Below the pieces are notes generated by a model, which made no database searches, was not told where the DNA came from, and saw nothing but the letters and a program-made list of their open reading frames with translations. A stretch of 64,000 bases of DNA, taken from assembly GCF_036971445.1 (NCBI RefSeq), contig NC_091482.1, positions 8,742,001-8,806,000 on the forward strand, in the 5' to 3' direction. The position numbers and the translations under genes were made by a program. Position 1 is the first letter of the stretch. Every line of letters begins with the position of its first letter. Shown here piece by piece: positions 25,214-37,784 of this stretch. Origin of the DNA: Narcine bancroftii (Eukaryota).

Positions 25214-25905
25214 ACAGTGATGAATCAGCAAACAACCTCATAAAACAAACCTCTATATTCAAGTTGTACATAAAAGTAAAATTTCCATTTTCCCTGCATA
25301 GGATAGAGGGGGAATTTCATAACTTCAATGATATTCAAAAAAAAATTTAATCCCCCCCCCCCATTGTCATTAACTGAGCAGCACTCCATGATCGTGCTCG
25401 AAGATGGTACAACTTCTTTGTAAATGTCTTGCCCTAGGAATTATTATAATTCTCAAAAACCAATGGTATCATCCATAACCACACCAATAACATCCCTTTT
25501 AAAAATGGCCTCAGAAATCATCATTTTCCCTCCAAGCCCACAAGTGATGCTTCAATAACACATCGACCATATAGAGAAACTGTTTTGCAAAACTCTTAAT
25601 TACGCCTCTTAATTTGGGGCATTCTCATGGTCTATGGTCTTGTGAGACATTCATTGATGCCTGCAGGTCTCATCTGAGTAAGATTTGATGCATATGCATT
25701 GGATCTTAATAAAAGTGCATTCATAAAATTTAATTGGGGACCAGATGTAAAACCCTTCATTGGATTTAATGCCACTTTTAAAACTAGTGACCCTAGAGCC
25801 TTTCTGAGGCAAACTAGCCCGATAGTTAATCCTTTATCCCTCCAATTAAAATTCCTGTGGCGAGAATATGACACCACTGTTAGATCTTCCAGCTAAACCC
25901 GCCTG

Positions 25906-26150
25906 AATTTAAATTTAGCATGATAACAGGCCCTTCTGGCCCACGGCCCACCCGTGCTGCCCAATTACACCCAATTGACTTGCAACCCAGGTATGTTTTG
26001 AACAGTGGGAGGAAAGCTGAGCTCCCAGAGAAAACCCACTCAGACACGGGAAGAATGTACAAACTCCTTGGAGCAGTGTGGGATTTGAACCCCTGTCCCG
26101 AACACTGGTGCTGTAAAGTTGTTGCGCTAACCACTATACCAACCGTGCCC
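25906..26150 (-). mobile_element. tRNA-derived SINE, inverted relative to 24950-25213
   Basis: Reverse complement of the same family. Confidence 0.88.
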
Positions 26151-27514
26151 AAGACTTTTTAAATGCAAATCTGTCCTCACAGACAGGATATGAGCAACAT
26201 GATAATATTATCATTTACCCCCGTGAAACCTTCAAGTTTCCTTCTAATTGCGTCAATCATTTTAACTTAAATGTTCTGGGATGCCTTGTTTAAAATCGAG
26301 GAATAGTAAAATTGGGGTTCCCCCATTGAATTTTTTTTATTGAAATGTACTGGAAAACAGTGCAAAACCTATGATAATATTAAATAAAATCGGGAATGGG
26401 TTGGTCCAGTTCTGGACCTGGCTTTATCAGTAAAAGTCATTAAAATGTAGATTAGAGATGAGGGGACTATCAACCCCACCCACACCATGTGGCTTTAATA
26501 AGACTTATGGCCAATGGAGTTAATAGCATGGGCAAGAATCTTGATGAACTTCCTTAATAATATTGAGCCTTTAACAATTATTCTCTCTGATCAATAGTTT
26601 TTGATTTCATCTGCATCTGACTGCAGAACGAGGAGCACGCAGCTGGTTTTAATAATTGATGGAATTTGGCCACAATGAACCCAAGAGGCTTGTCACTCAA
26701 GGCCAAATGGTCATTAAAAAAAAAACCTGAGAAGTGCATCGGAAACTTTAGTCGTTCTTTAAAACAAGTTAATTATTAGAAACAAAAATGTAAGAAAAGG
26801 TTCCTTCATTCTGCCCTGTCATTCACTATGATCCTGGCTGCTTGTACTGTTTTCTGTTCAATCCCCATAACCCTCATCAGACAAATATCTCCACATCAAA
26901 TAATCTGTCCTCCATTACCCTCAGTGTCAGAGAATGCCAGACATTCACTGCCCTCTGAGAGAAAAAATGTCTACACATCTCTATTTTAAATGGCTGGCCC
27001 CCTACTTTGTAGCTACATCCCATTGTAATGATCTCCCACTAGTGAAAACATTTCAACGTCTACCCTAAAGCTCCCTCAGGAACTTGCATTTGGATAAGGC
27101 ACTGTTAATTCTACTCACAATTGTCAATTCTCTTACTAGAATAAAGCTTTGAAATGGTTGGTTTATCTCTGGTTGTTGGAAAAGTTTTGTTGGTTAACTA
27201 ACTGGAATACTTGCATGCAACAGTTTTCTGTAATATAAATTTGCTCTTAACACTGTGGTGGATTTTTTTTTCCCATGATGTTGCTGTGTCGCACATATTC
27301 CAAACAAACTCAAGTAGTACTGCCTGAGGAAGAACTTTACAGAAGTGTATCCGATGCAGATCAGTGTTGCTTCTTTTAAAATGTTATTGAATACAAATGT
27401 TTATCAACCTTAATAAAATTTTGTGATGGTTGCTATGTGAGCTGTTTTTAACCACACTTTCAAGAATTGAATATGCAAATCAAGCAGTTGAATTAGTTTC
27501 TGTGGAGCATATTT

Positions 27515-27700
27515 GGCAGCACGGTTAGCGCAATGTTATTACAGTGGCAGTGACCCAAGTTCGAATCCGGCGCTGTCTGTAAGGAGTTTGCACGTTATCC
27601 CGATCTCTACATAGTTTCCCCAGGTGCTCAGGTTCCCTCTCCCTTCAAAATGTACAAGGTTTGTGGTTAATTTGGGTTTAAGTGGGCAGCCGGCGTTAAA
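27515..27700 (+). mobile_element. tRNA-derived SINE
   Basis: ggcagcacggttagcg head, gttcgaatcc B-box, gtctgtaaggagtttgcacgtt core. Confidence 0.85.
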
Positions 27701-29010
27701 TGGAATCTGCTGTAATAAAGAAAAAGCTAACTCCTGGAGCAGCACAAGAACAGCAGATGCTGGAATCTTGAGTGAACAAAGAAAAACTGGAGGAGCTCAG
27801 CAGGTCGAGCAGTATCCATGGAGAGAAATTACAAGTCGATGTTTTTGGGTTAAAACCCTTTGTTCTTCAAACAAATTTCAGAAACCTGACTTCATACCAA
27901 TTTGCTTCATGCAGAAGTGACTAGACTGCTCAAATAGAAATATTTTTGGTTTAATCATTTTTGATAAATTAATATTGGAATCGAAAACTTCAATGACCAA
28001 TCTATCATTATCTCATGAAGTCAGAAGAGACTGCAGATGTTGGAATCTGTCCCTCGTCTTCTCTATGGAGAAGCCAAGGACAAATTGGAAAAACAACAAT
28101 TTTTCTCCTGAGGTAGCACATACACATGAACCCTCTCTGGGGAAAAAATGTAGAAAAACTCTATATCAATGCAGTGGAAGTGGTGGATGCGGGCTCAATT
28201 TCAACAGTTAAGAGAAATTTGGATAGGTACGTGGATTGGAGAACTATTGTCCCATTGCGGGTCGATGGAACTCAGTGAAATAATAGTTTGGCCTGGATGA
28301 GATTGGCTGAAGGTGCCTGTTCTGTGCTGAAGTGTTCAGCGGTTCTACTTTGTATTAAACAAATTCCTTTTCCATCTCCTCGAATTCCACCAACTATTAA
28401 ATTACATTTTTAATTCTATTTGTCTTTATTTATTGTGATCGTCCATCAGATAATGGCTAAAATCAGAAACTGAGAGCACGATTGCAAAGACTTGGATGTT
28501 GAAACTTGAATCCATGCATCAGAACTAACTGCTATTTCCCAGACGCTTCCAGGGAAGGGAGAAAAATAACAATTTAGGGAGTTAGAGCATCCATTTGTGT
28601 TCACTGTGTTAATAAGAAATTAATTTAATTATGAGGGCAATTGTATATGGGAAGTTTCCCTTTATTTCCTTGATGGACAAGGGAATTTCCTGTGCTATAG
28701 AAAGTAAAGAATGCTTATTTACACACAAGCAAGATTCTGAATGTGTAAGAAGTCTGAATTAAAAATTTGGAAATTTTCTTCAGGTTGGGCAGATTTAACA
28801 TTTCTGAATAGTGTTTCAAGGGAAACTATGATTGGAGTTGATGATGGGGAGGTGGTCAGAATAGGAAAGGAACCACAACTCGTTAGATGTCTTGACCTGC
28901 CAAGGGTAGTGAGCGAGTCAAAGCCTCTGAAGCCATTTTATTGATTTTGTTTGTGAAATGGTAACTGAAGTTAATTGGAGAGAAATTGTATCTGTTGCAT
29001 GGTGAATGCA

Positions 29011-29162
29011 ATTTCTGTCTTTGGCCATTTCTGTCTTTGGCCATTTCTGTCTTTGGCCATTTCTGTCTTTGGCCATTTCTGTCTTTGGCCATTTCTGTCT
29101 TTGGCCATTTCTGTCTTTGGCCATTTCTGTCTTTGGCCATTCTTCTGTCTTTGGCCATTTCT
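29011..29162 (+). repeat. Minisatellite, 16-bp unit atttctgtctttggcc x ~9.4 (8 perfect)
   Basis: Direct reading. Confidence 0.96.
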
Positions 29163-30944
29163 TCGTTCCAGTTCAGTCTTTGAGCAGAAATATCTGTCTT
29201 GCCTTACTACATTAGCATTTCCTTGACACATAAAGTCAACAGACATCTTGAGATTCCAGAAGATTTAGCACTTTTTTAAAAGAGAAACAGCCAAATTAGC
29301 CAAGGTATGATGTGTAACCTTGCAATCACTTGAGTTCTTGATTATCAGGAGCTTATTCAATACCTTGGAAGGATGGCAAGGGGCCATAATAATGAATATT
29401 TTGATACCTCTTCCAGTGATTGATGCATTGTAGGGAAATGGGGAGAAATGGAGGCCTTAGTATGGAAACTGAGTCATGAGGAAAAATACAGGGCAACAAC
29501 TACTGTAGTTGGGATCAGAGAAAGGCCATTCAAGATATCAATCGGAATTCAAAATCTGCAAGGAGGAAAATTGCAAGATGTGGGAATTCAATTAGCGAAG
29601 ATTGGACTGCATGGACACAGCTGACAAAGACATCTTTGATTTAATGGTATTCTTTTGAATTGAAAATGGATCTGTTCTGACATTCAGCCAATTATCCTAT
29701 TGCTGTTTGATGCTCAACTGCCCACCTTCCTGTTATGGAAAACAGGTGATATTCAAAGTCTAGAGAAGGTGAGCTTTTGAAGGGAGATTTGGTACCAAAG
29801 ACTTTGGTACCAAAGACTCTCCAAAACTTTCTATAAGTGAGTATGCAATTCTGGCTGTTGGACCTCACTGCCACTTGCTTGCTCAGGACAAGAAAACTAC
29901 AAAAAAAACTACAGAGTTAGTTCTACCTCGCCTGCAACAGACTCCATCCAGGACGTATTCTCAAGGACCCCCCGCCACTTCTGCTACTCTCGGGAAAAAG
30001 GTACAGAGCCTGAAGGAGAGCACTCAGCGCCCAAGCTACTTCCCCTCTTTAATCTTCTATTGAACCACAGACACGATCTTACTTTGTCTTTTTCTTGCAC
30101 TATTTATTCCCCCCCCTCCACTGTCGTTGGACTCGGATAGAAGGGAACGATTGACTTGAATCTGAGTAAAGGACGTGGCGCTCCCAACACTGGCCTTTGA
30201 GGAGCGCTGGTAGGAAGGTGCTCCTTTGCTGGCGTCGGATCAAGATAGAAAAGTACTCTTGCAAAAAGCCGAGCATGCTCTTCCTTTTGAGGCAGTTTCC
30301 ACTGCATCTTTGCAGGCTGCTGGTGTGTCGTTTTAACTGTACCCGTTTTATGATTCCTAACATTGTGGAGCTGGAAGGACAGCGTCATTCGGAGAGAAAA
30401 GAATACTAGAAATTCTGTTTGTTTTGGCTAAGCGCTGAGACTGACGTGGGTTGCTGCTTTGCTTTGCACGATTCCATACCCGAAAATAGACCTATTGATC
30501 ACTCTGATGTATCATTAACATCGGGCAGCCAATTAAATGAATGGTATGGGCGCACATATTGTAAATCACTTCTTTATCTTCTAATAGATGCTCAGTTATG
30601 ACCAGGAACTCTTTTCTTTTTATTCAGACCATTGAATGAATTTGGACCCCGGCCATTTCATAATACTATATACTCCGGACTGGGTGCAGGGGTAAAACAG
30701 GACGAACCAGCTGCTGACACGCGACACGGAGCCCAACAGGTTAAGGTTAGAGTGGTTGGAACAAAAAGAAAGCAGGTGGGCAGCGAGCGAGGCAAGGCCA
30801 TTCCTCGGGGGGGGGGGGGGGTGTTGGTGCAGGAGAAGGTATAGATGGGACTGCCTGATTTTGTTTTGAATCCAAACCTATTAAATCTAGAGCCAATTCA
30901 AACGCCTTGATGAATGGTGCAAGCCAGAAAAGTTGGCGGCTATA

Positions 30945-31210
30945 TATCTTTACATTGGCTACACACTGTTGCGTTTCTCCAGCGTTGTGTGTATTTTATG
31001 TATCTTTACATTGGCCACACTGTTGCGTTTCTCCACCATTGTGTGTGTTTTATGTATCTTTACATTGGCCACACTGTTGCGTTTCTCCAGCATAGTGTGT
31101 GTTTTATGTATCTTTACAGTGGCCACACTGTTGCGTTTCTCCAGCGTTGTCTATTTTGTGTATCTTTACAGTGGCCACACTGTTGCGCTTCTCCAGCATT
31201 GTGTGTGTTT
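30945..31210 (+). repeat. Minisatellite, ~54-bp unit (atctttacattggccacactgttgcgtttctccagcgttgtgtgtgttttatgt) x ~5, imperfect
   Basis: Units start near 30945, 31002, 31056, 31110, 31162. Confidence 0.92.
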
Positions 31211-31619
31211 TTTCTTTACTTCAAGATGTTCGTTTTTTACCACCGAATTCCAACGCAGCAAAGCCTTCATCCAACTTGCTCACTTCAGCCAAAATGTCCT
31301 GCCTGCGTGTAATTGGCCCATAGCCAGTTTAAAAAGAGCTCATTTACAACAGAGATGTGGAGACATTTCTTTAGCCAGAGAGTAGAGGATTTGTGGAATT
31401 CGTGGCCACATGCAGCTGTGGAGGCAGGATCTTGGGGGAATGTAATGAGGAAATTGGTAGGTATTTAATTAGGGTTATCTTGGGATATGGGGACAAGGCT
31501 GGAACTTGGAACTAGATGTGAGAACAGTTTAGCTCAGGGAGGCTTCATGGAGCAGACTCTGGGCCAAATGGCCTGCTTCTGTTCCTTTTTTTGTGATATC
31601 CCTCTAAACCCCCCCCCCC

Positions 31620-32030
31620 ATTTATTTGTCCAAACTTTTCTTGAACATTGTATCTGCCTTCAAACCAATTCCGTTAGGAGCCATTTATGCAGTAGCTTCC
31701 AACTACAGGGTTGTCAACTCGGCCTGCGACATCACGGGCACTAGACTTCACTATCGAGGGCATCGACAAGAGGCGGTGTCTTATCAGCCTCTGTCCTCAA
31801 GGACCCCCACCACCCAGGCCATGCCCTCTTCATTCTACCACCATCGGAAGGAGGAACAGGAACCTCAGCTTCTTCCCCTCTGCCATCAGATTTCTGAATG
31901 GACAGTGAACCACAGACACTGCCTTCACTTTCTCCTATTTTTTTGAAATGTAATTTATATCAATGTTGGCCTTGTAACGCTGCTGCAAAACAACAAATTT
32001 TGTGACATGTTCATTACAATAAATTCCTAT
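31620..32030 (+). mobile_element. Degraded non-LTR retrotransposon 3' fragment (Rex1/Babar-like); related piece at ~29790-30080
   Basis: cacccaggccatgccctcttc ... agcttcttcccctctgccatcagatttctgaatggac resembles fish Rex1-type 3' ends; ends near AATAAA. Confidence 0.5.
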
Positions 32031-33071
32031 TCTTTATAATCACAGAGATCTTACTCTGAACCAATAGACTCTCAAGTAATCATTCTTGCCTCTCGCTACC
32101 CATTAGCATTTTTTATTGTTCGAGGTGTCCAGCCCTATCTTTTCATTCTCCTGTTTGCTGCTTAATGTATGAACCTAACTCTGAATCAATAGTGTTGAAT
32201 GTTATTTCGCAACCTCCAACTTTTCTATATTTCAGACTGCTAAATGTCACCACATCCAAAATCCACTTCAGGCTATTACTCCGTGGTGTCCCCATGCCCA
32301 ACCAAATAGAAATGGTTGGTTAATGTGTGGCATCTCAATAATTTAGTGACTAGTATCTGGAGATTAAAATGCGTGTATTCAAAGCTCAAACAAAGAACTT
32401 TGATGTCAAATCAGACATCATTGATTTAGATATAAGAGGTGAACGGGGCAGAACATGGCAAATGAAAATATATGTGGAAAAATATGAGGCCACCCACTTC
32501 GGTGGGAAAAAAAGAAAATCTTTGAAATGGTGAGAGTTTGTAATAGGACTGTGCCCTCAGGGAATTGGATGTTCTTCTACATGAATCATTGAAAATTAGC
32601 ATATGGATATTGCAAGGAACTAAATGGTACATGGCCTTTGAGTAAGAGAGAATGGGTCAGATATCTTGTTGAAATGAAGTCCACACTGCCATTTTAAGAA
32701 TATTATCTACAAGACTATATATACTTGCTACTGAGAGTTCAATTAATTTATTGTCAAAACATTTTTATGATTTTTACACACAAATAATGGCAAAATCCTT
32801 TTTTTTAAAAATGCATACTTATCTCCGGAATGGTCGCTTACAAAGGAAGCATGTTTACACTGACTTCCACTGTTGCGGAGATGTTGGAGGATAAATGTCC
32901 TATCCATTAACGCAGTTTCTTATGGAGTGCCTGTGGTCAATTTAGACTGCAGGTGTCATAAAAATGTCAAGGGGCCCTGGAGGAAAAATGACAGGATAGA
33001 ATTTAGCAAAGAAATTCTGTCACAACATTTTCACACTGCCAGAGGAGTGGAAAATTTACAAAAGTTTAGAT

Positions 33072-33288
33072 TGGCCATTCTCAATTGGGACCATTTGGCC
33101 CCACCCTGGGGAGGGGGGGGGTGGCACAGCACATTAAGGGGGACCACAGACTGAGATCATAAAATATTTTCATGTTTTTAATGTAGTCGGTTGGACCACT
33201 AAATTACTGCTTCACAGGGAATGGAGCCCATAAACCTTTGAGCAGAGTCCTAAGGAGGCCATAGGCAGAATAAGGTTGAGAAAGGCTG
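33072..33288. mobile_element. hAT MITE, second family
   Basis: Ends tggccattctcaa / ttgagaaaggctg; 8-bp TSD gtttagat / gtttagaa. Confidence 0.7.
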
Positions 33289-33499
33289 GTTTAGAAGAAT
33301 TGAAAGGTGATCTCAATTAAACAGGCAAACTTCTTATAAGGCTTGGGAGGGTAGGAGTAGGAGTGATGTTTCGCCAATTGGGTAGTCGAGAAATATAAAA
33401 CAATATGACAATTAGCTTAATATCTGTCATGGGGAACCAGTTAAAACTTTTTCTTGATTTCAGAGTACAGAAAAAGTCAAGTCAATCGAGCATGATTGT

Positions 33500-34992
33500 A
33501 GCTTTGAGGAAAATCATGTTTGCAACTATACAAGACCATAATTAGACCGCCACTTGCAATATCGTGTTCAAGCAATCCCTTACCTCATTACAGGAAGGAT
33601 GTGAATACTGTGGAGAGAATGCAGAAGAGATTTACAAGGATACTGCCTAGAACGGAGAGGACGTCTTATGAGGATAAGTTGAGGGAACTTGGTCTTTCTC
33701 CCTGCAGCAGTGAAGGATGAATGACCTGATAGAGACGTACAAAATGATGAGAGGCATTGAATGTGTGGATGGCCAGAGACTTTTCCCAGGGCTGAAATGG
33801 CAACACAAGGAGGAATAATTTTAAGGTGCTTGTGAATAAATACAGGTGAGATGTAAGTGGTGCGTTTTTCACGCAGAGTTGTGGGAGCATGGGAATGTAC
33901 TGCTTGCAGTGGTGGTGGGGCCAGGTACAGTTGGATCTTTTAGGAGACTATTAGGTACATGAAACTGAAAAGAGTGGAGGTTATGCAGAAGGGAATTTTC
34001 AGGCAGTTGTTAGAGTAGATTATTAAGATTGCAAAGCACTATGGACTGAACATATTTGTATGTTCTAATTTGTTAGAATTCATTAAAGTAGTAATATGCC
34101 CTATGGATAAAAAAGCAACCAGTGGATATTGTGGGAAGTTAGGGAAGAAATTACTGACCACTGGCAGAGATATTTTTAATATAATGGGTTGGCACAACAT
34201 TATGGGTCAAAGGGCCTGTACTGTGCTATAATGTTCTTTTGTTAGCCATGAGTGAATGTTGGAAGGCAGAAGAGTTTTCTAATGTTGTTCTCTTATTTAA
34301 GGACTGCAAAGAAAGCCTGGTAACTCCAGACCATGGTGGGGTAAATTACCCAAGAGCATTGTGAAAGACAGGATCCACATGGATTTGGAAAGATAAAGAT
34401 TGAATAAGCACAGACAGCATGGCTTTGTACTTGGGAAACTTAATTGAGTTTTTGAAGAGATTATCTAGAGGGTTGACAGGGGCAGGACAGTAGAGAAGTT
34501 GTCTACATAGACTTCAGCAAGGCCTTTGACAAAGTCCAACATGGTCCTGGTGTGATGACATAGAATCCAGGGAGAGCTGAGCAATTGGATATAACTGGCC
34601 TGTTCCTTGAAAATAATAATGCAGTCAAGTGGTGAAGAAGGCATTTGGCATGCTTGCCTTCATCAATGAGGCCATTGAGTTCAAGAGTTAGTCTTGCATG
34701 TTACAACTGTACAAGTCATTGGTGAGACCACATGAAGTCTTGTACCCAGTTCTGATCATCTAGCTATAAGAAGGATATCAGTAAGCTGGAAAAGGTGCAC
34801 AAAGATGTGACCAGGAGTAGAGGGCTTGAGTTACAAGGAACAACTGAATAGGCAGAGGCTACTTTTTCACTGGAGGTAAGAAGGCTGAGGGTTGACCTTA
34901 TTGGGGTATATAAAAGCCTGAAAGAGATGGACTAAGTCACCATTTTTTCCCCAGGGTCAGGGGAGTCTAAAATGAGAGGGCATAGGTTTAGA
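33500..34992 (+). mobile_element. Cluster of degraded CR1 LINE ORF2 3' fragments
   Basis: LQLYKTIIRP, YRKDVNTVERMQKRFTR, VYIDFSKAFDKV (~34500) and CR1-type 3' UTR. Confidence 0.85.
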
Positions 34993-35091
34993 CAGTGGTT
35001 TTCAAACGTTTCTTTCCACTCACATCCCACCTAAGCAATCCCTTACTAATCACAGAGCACCTGTGGCATAGTGAATCCTTAAGGTGGGATA

Positions 35092-35291
35092 NNNNNNNNN
35101 NNNNNNNNNNNNNNNNNNNNNNNNNNNNNNNNNNNNNNNNNNNNNNNNNNNNNNNNNNNNNNNNNNNNNNNNNNNNNNNNNNNNNNNNNNNNNNNNNNNN
35201 NNNNNNNNNNNNNNNNNNNNNNNNNNNNNNNNNNNNNNNNNNNNNNNNNNNNNNNNNNNNNNNNNNNNNNNNNNNNNNNNNNNNNNNNNNN
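35092..35291. other. Assembly gap (200 N, probably a scaffold join)
   Basis: Round-number N run that truncates a hAT MITE (34993-35091) on its left. Confidence 1.
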
Positions 35292-35415
35292 TCTCCTCTC
35301 CTCCCCCCCCCTCCCTCCTCTCCTCCCCCCCCTCCCCTCCTCTCCTCCCCCCCCTCCCCTCCTCTCCCTCCCCCCCCTCCCTCCTCTCCTCCCCCCCCTC
35401 CCTCCTCTCCTCTCC
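35292..35415 (+). repeat. Pure polypyrimidine (C/T) low-complexity repeat
   Basis: About 124 nt of only C and T next to the gap. Confidence 0.95.
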
Positions 35416-36348
35416 AAGGTTTGACTGAAAGGAATGCCTCTAACAGGCTACTGGTTGGGGCGGAGTTGCAAGGGTGTGGCAGCAAACTACTCACCCTCCC
35501 TGCACCTTCAATGCAAGAATTCTGTTTAATCTGCAGGTATAATTTATGATGTAATCGTTGACGCTACAAATCTCTTCATGATGTGTGCAATTGAATTCAG
35601 TCACATGGGTTTCTTTTTATATATAAAAAAAAATTCCAGGATCAGGGTGAAATTTGCATTTTCAGTTTAAGACAATTTTTTTAAAAAAAGGATATCATTC
35701 ACAAGATGGACAAACTCCTAATGAGGGATTATATATTTCCATTCAAGAGGAATTGAGACAGTTTAGTTCATATAACTTTAGTCAGATATTCTATAAGGGA
35801 AGGGGTGGGGAAAGGAGAACCTTCACCTCATTGTAGTTCCCGAACACAGATTTGATGTACTGGAGGGAGAATGAATGAACGAACAAACATGAGTCACAGT
35901 TTATGTCGCACTGTCCGGTGACTGTAAGCTTGAGTTTATGAATGAATATAAGCGACCACAAGTTGACTCAAATATCGAGGATTGCCCTTCTGGCATTTGG
36001 TTCAAGCAAGATCATAAATAGGTTCATAATATTTTATTGCAAAGCTGGTCAGAGTGCTGGTACCAGTCATAATGATTTTAATCATTTAATATTTGCTGTT
36101 TCACCTCCTATTTCTTTATGCTTAATTATCTTTAATTGGTTCATCTGTAATCCTATACTTGCCCCACATGGATAGTAACCTCTTCAAGTATACAGCTTTT
36201 TAAAAGAAATTGGTGTATTTAAATTGAAGATTTATAGTTTCTTCAAGGGAAAAAGATTGAGGGGAAATAAACATCAGCCATGTAGACTTGATGGGCTGAA
36301 TGGATTTGTTCTGCTCTGTCATCCTCTGTCAGAATTAACTGATTCAAC

Positions 36349-36685
36349 CAGTGGTTCTCAACTTTTTTCTTTCTACTCACAGACCACTTTAAGTAATCCC
36401 TAAGCCATCGGTGCTCTGTGATTAGTAAGGGGCTGCTGAAGGTGGTATGTTTCAAAAAGTTTCAAAACCTGTTTTAATTATACCTAATTGACTTGTTATG
36501 TGCATAGTTTCATAACTCCAAAGGAAATGGGCCAATGACAATTTTTCTCAAGCAAAATATTTCAGTAACAATTGGGTCTAGAAAAGTGGTTCTCAGCCTT
36601 CCCACTCACAGACCACCTTCAGCAATCCCTTACTAATCACAGAGCACCGATGCCATAGGGATGACTTAAAGTGGTCTGTGAGTGG
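36349..36685 (+). mobile_element. Compound hAT MITE copy (3' end truncated)
   Basis: cagtggttctcaac start, arm-core-arm layout as at 54776-55132. Confidence 0.85.
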
Positions 36686-37784
36686 CCGGAGCCCTTCTTA
36701 AATAGTGAGTGAATTTATTTGGATAACTGTAGTGATTTTTTTTTGTTATTGTTGATGTATTTGTTAATAGATAATGTCGAGTGAAACTGAACAATTAAAA
36801 TTAAAAGTGGGAAGACCAAATAGCAGCACCCGTTTGCCTCTCTCCTGATGTTCCACAGCAGCTTGAATATTAGTGAAGTCCCGATAGGATAATGAACCAT
36901 CCCAAGGAGCTTCCCTGTTTGACATTGATCCATTGGGATAGAAGCCCAGAAACTTGGCCGAAGAGTGAAGGAATCCCAGAGCACTAGCTGTAACATTTCT
37001 GGAAATTTATCCAGAAGAGGAATATTGAGAAAGCATAGAATAAATGTTCTGGTCAGATAGAATTCTATAAATGATATTTTGCCATTGGGGTGCTTCAGAT
37101 TCAACATTTGACTTCATTTTAGAATTGCTTTGCAAAGAGTGGGTCATTGAATGAAACTTGTTAATAAATTGTATTCAGAAGGTGTTAAATTGAGCATTTT
37201 CTGCAGATTGTTTGAATAATACCATTTTGGAGAGGCAATAGTTCTGAATATTCTCATCTCCATTGACTTTGCAAAACAGACACAATGTTGCTCACTTTTT
37301 ATATAAAAAAACTTCTTTCTAGGAGGCTTCACCTTTTTCCTCCAGGGATTCTCAGCTCCTTCACATACTATGAGCAAATTTTCCATTCACTTGGTTCCTG
37401 CTGGGAACTCATTGTGACACAACAAAGGTTCGACATCAGTTCTGTTCCCTGTTCAACAAAGGTGATTTACTGGATTAACCAGCGTGAATTCTGTGTCAGA
37501 GATAACCTGACTATGATTTTTTTTATTTGCTGAGATTCGCTAGACGTCTTAAGATCAGAAGATCCAGTTTTGTTTAGCTTTGCACTATTACCTTTGTGCC
37601 CATTGTACAATACAAACTCTTCAAATACAAGAGTTCAGTGCTTAACTTCATCGTACAGGGTTAGATGTGCAATAATCTTATGCAGGAAGGATTCTGTAGA
37701 TAATTTTCTTTTTCTCTGTGAACCAAAAATCTAGTTTTGTTCCTCCAAATTAAACAAGAAAATCTTCAGATATTGGGGTTGTGC

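Noticed and set aside
24400-25900. Coding-like stretches where POLDIP2 would be expected (e.g. ORFs 25632-25877, 25699-25896)
   Set aside because: Frames I translated showed no POLDIP2 or other recognisable motif; short and stop-interrupted. A translated search would be needed to exclude an old TE or viral remnant.
30945-31210. CRISPR-like appearance of spaced repeats (also 8581-8820)
   Set aside because: Contiguous tandem units without unique spacers, no cas genes, vertebrate context.
35419-35536. Possible 118-nt exon after the polypyrimidine tract (ag...gt)
   Set aside because: Translation resembles nothing I recognise and its phase does not fit SGSM2 exon 2.
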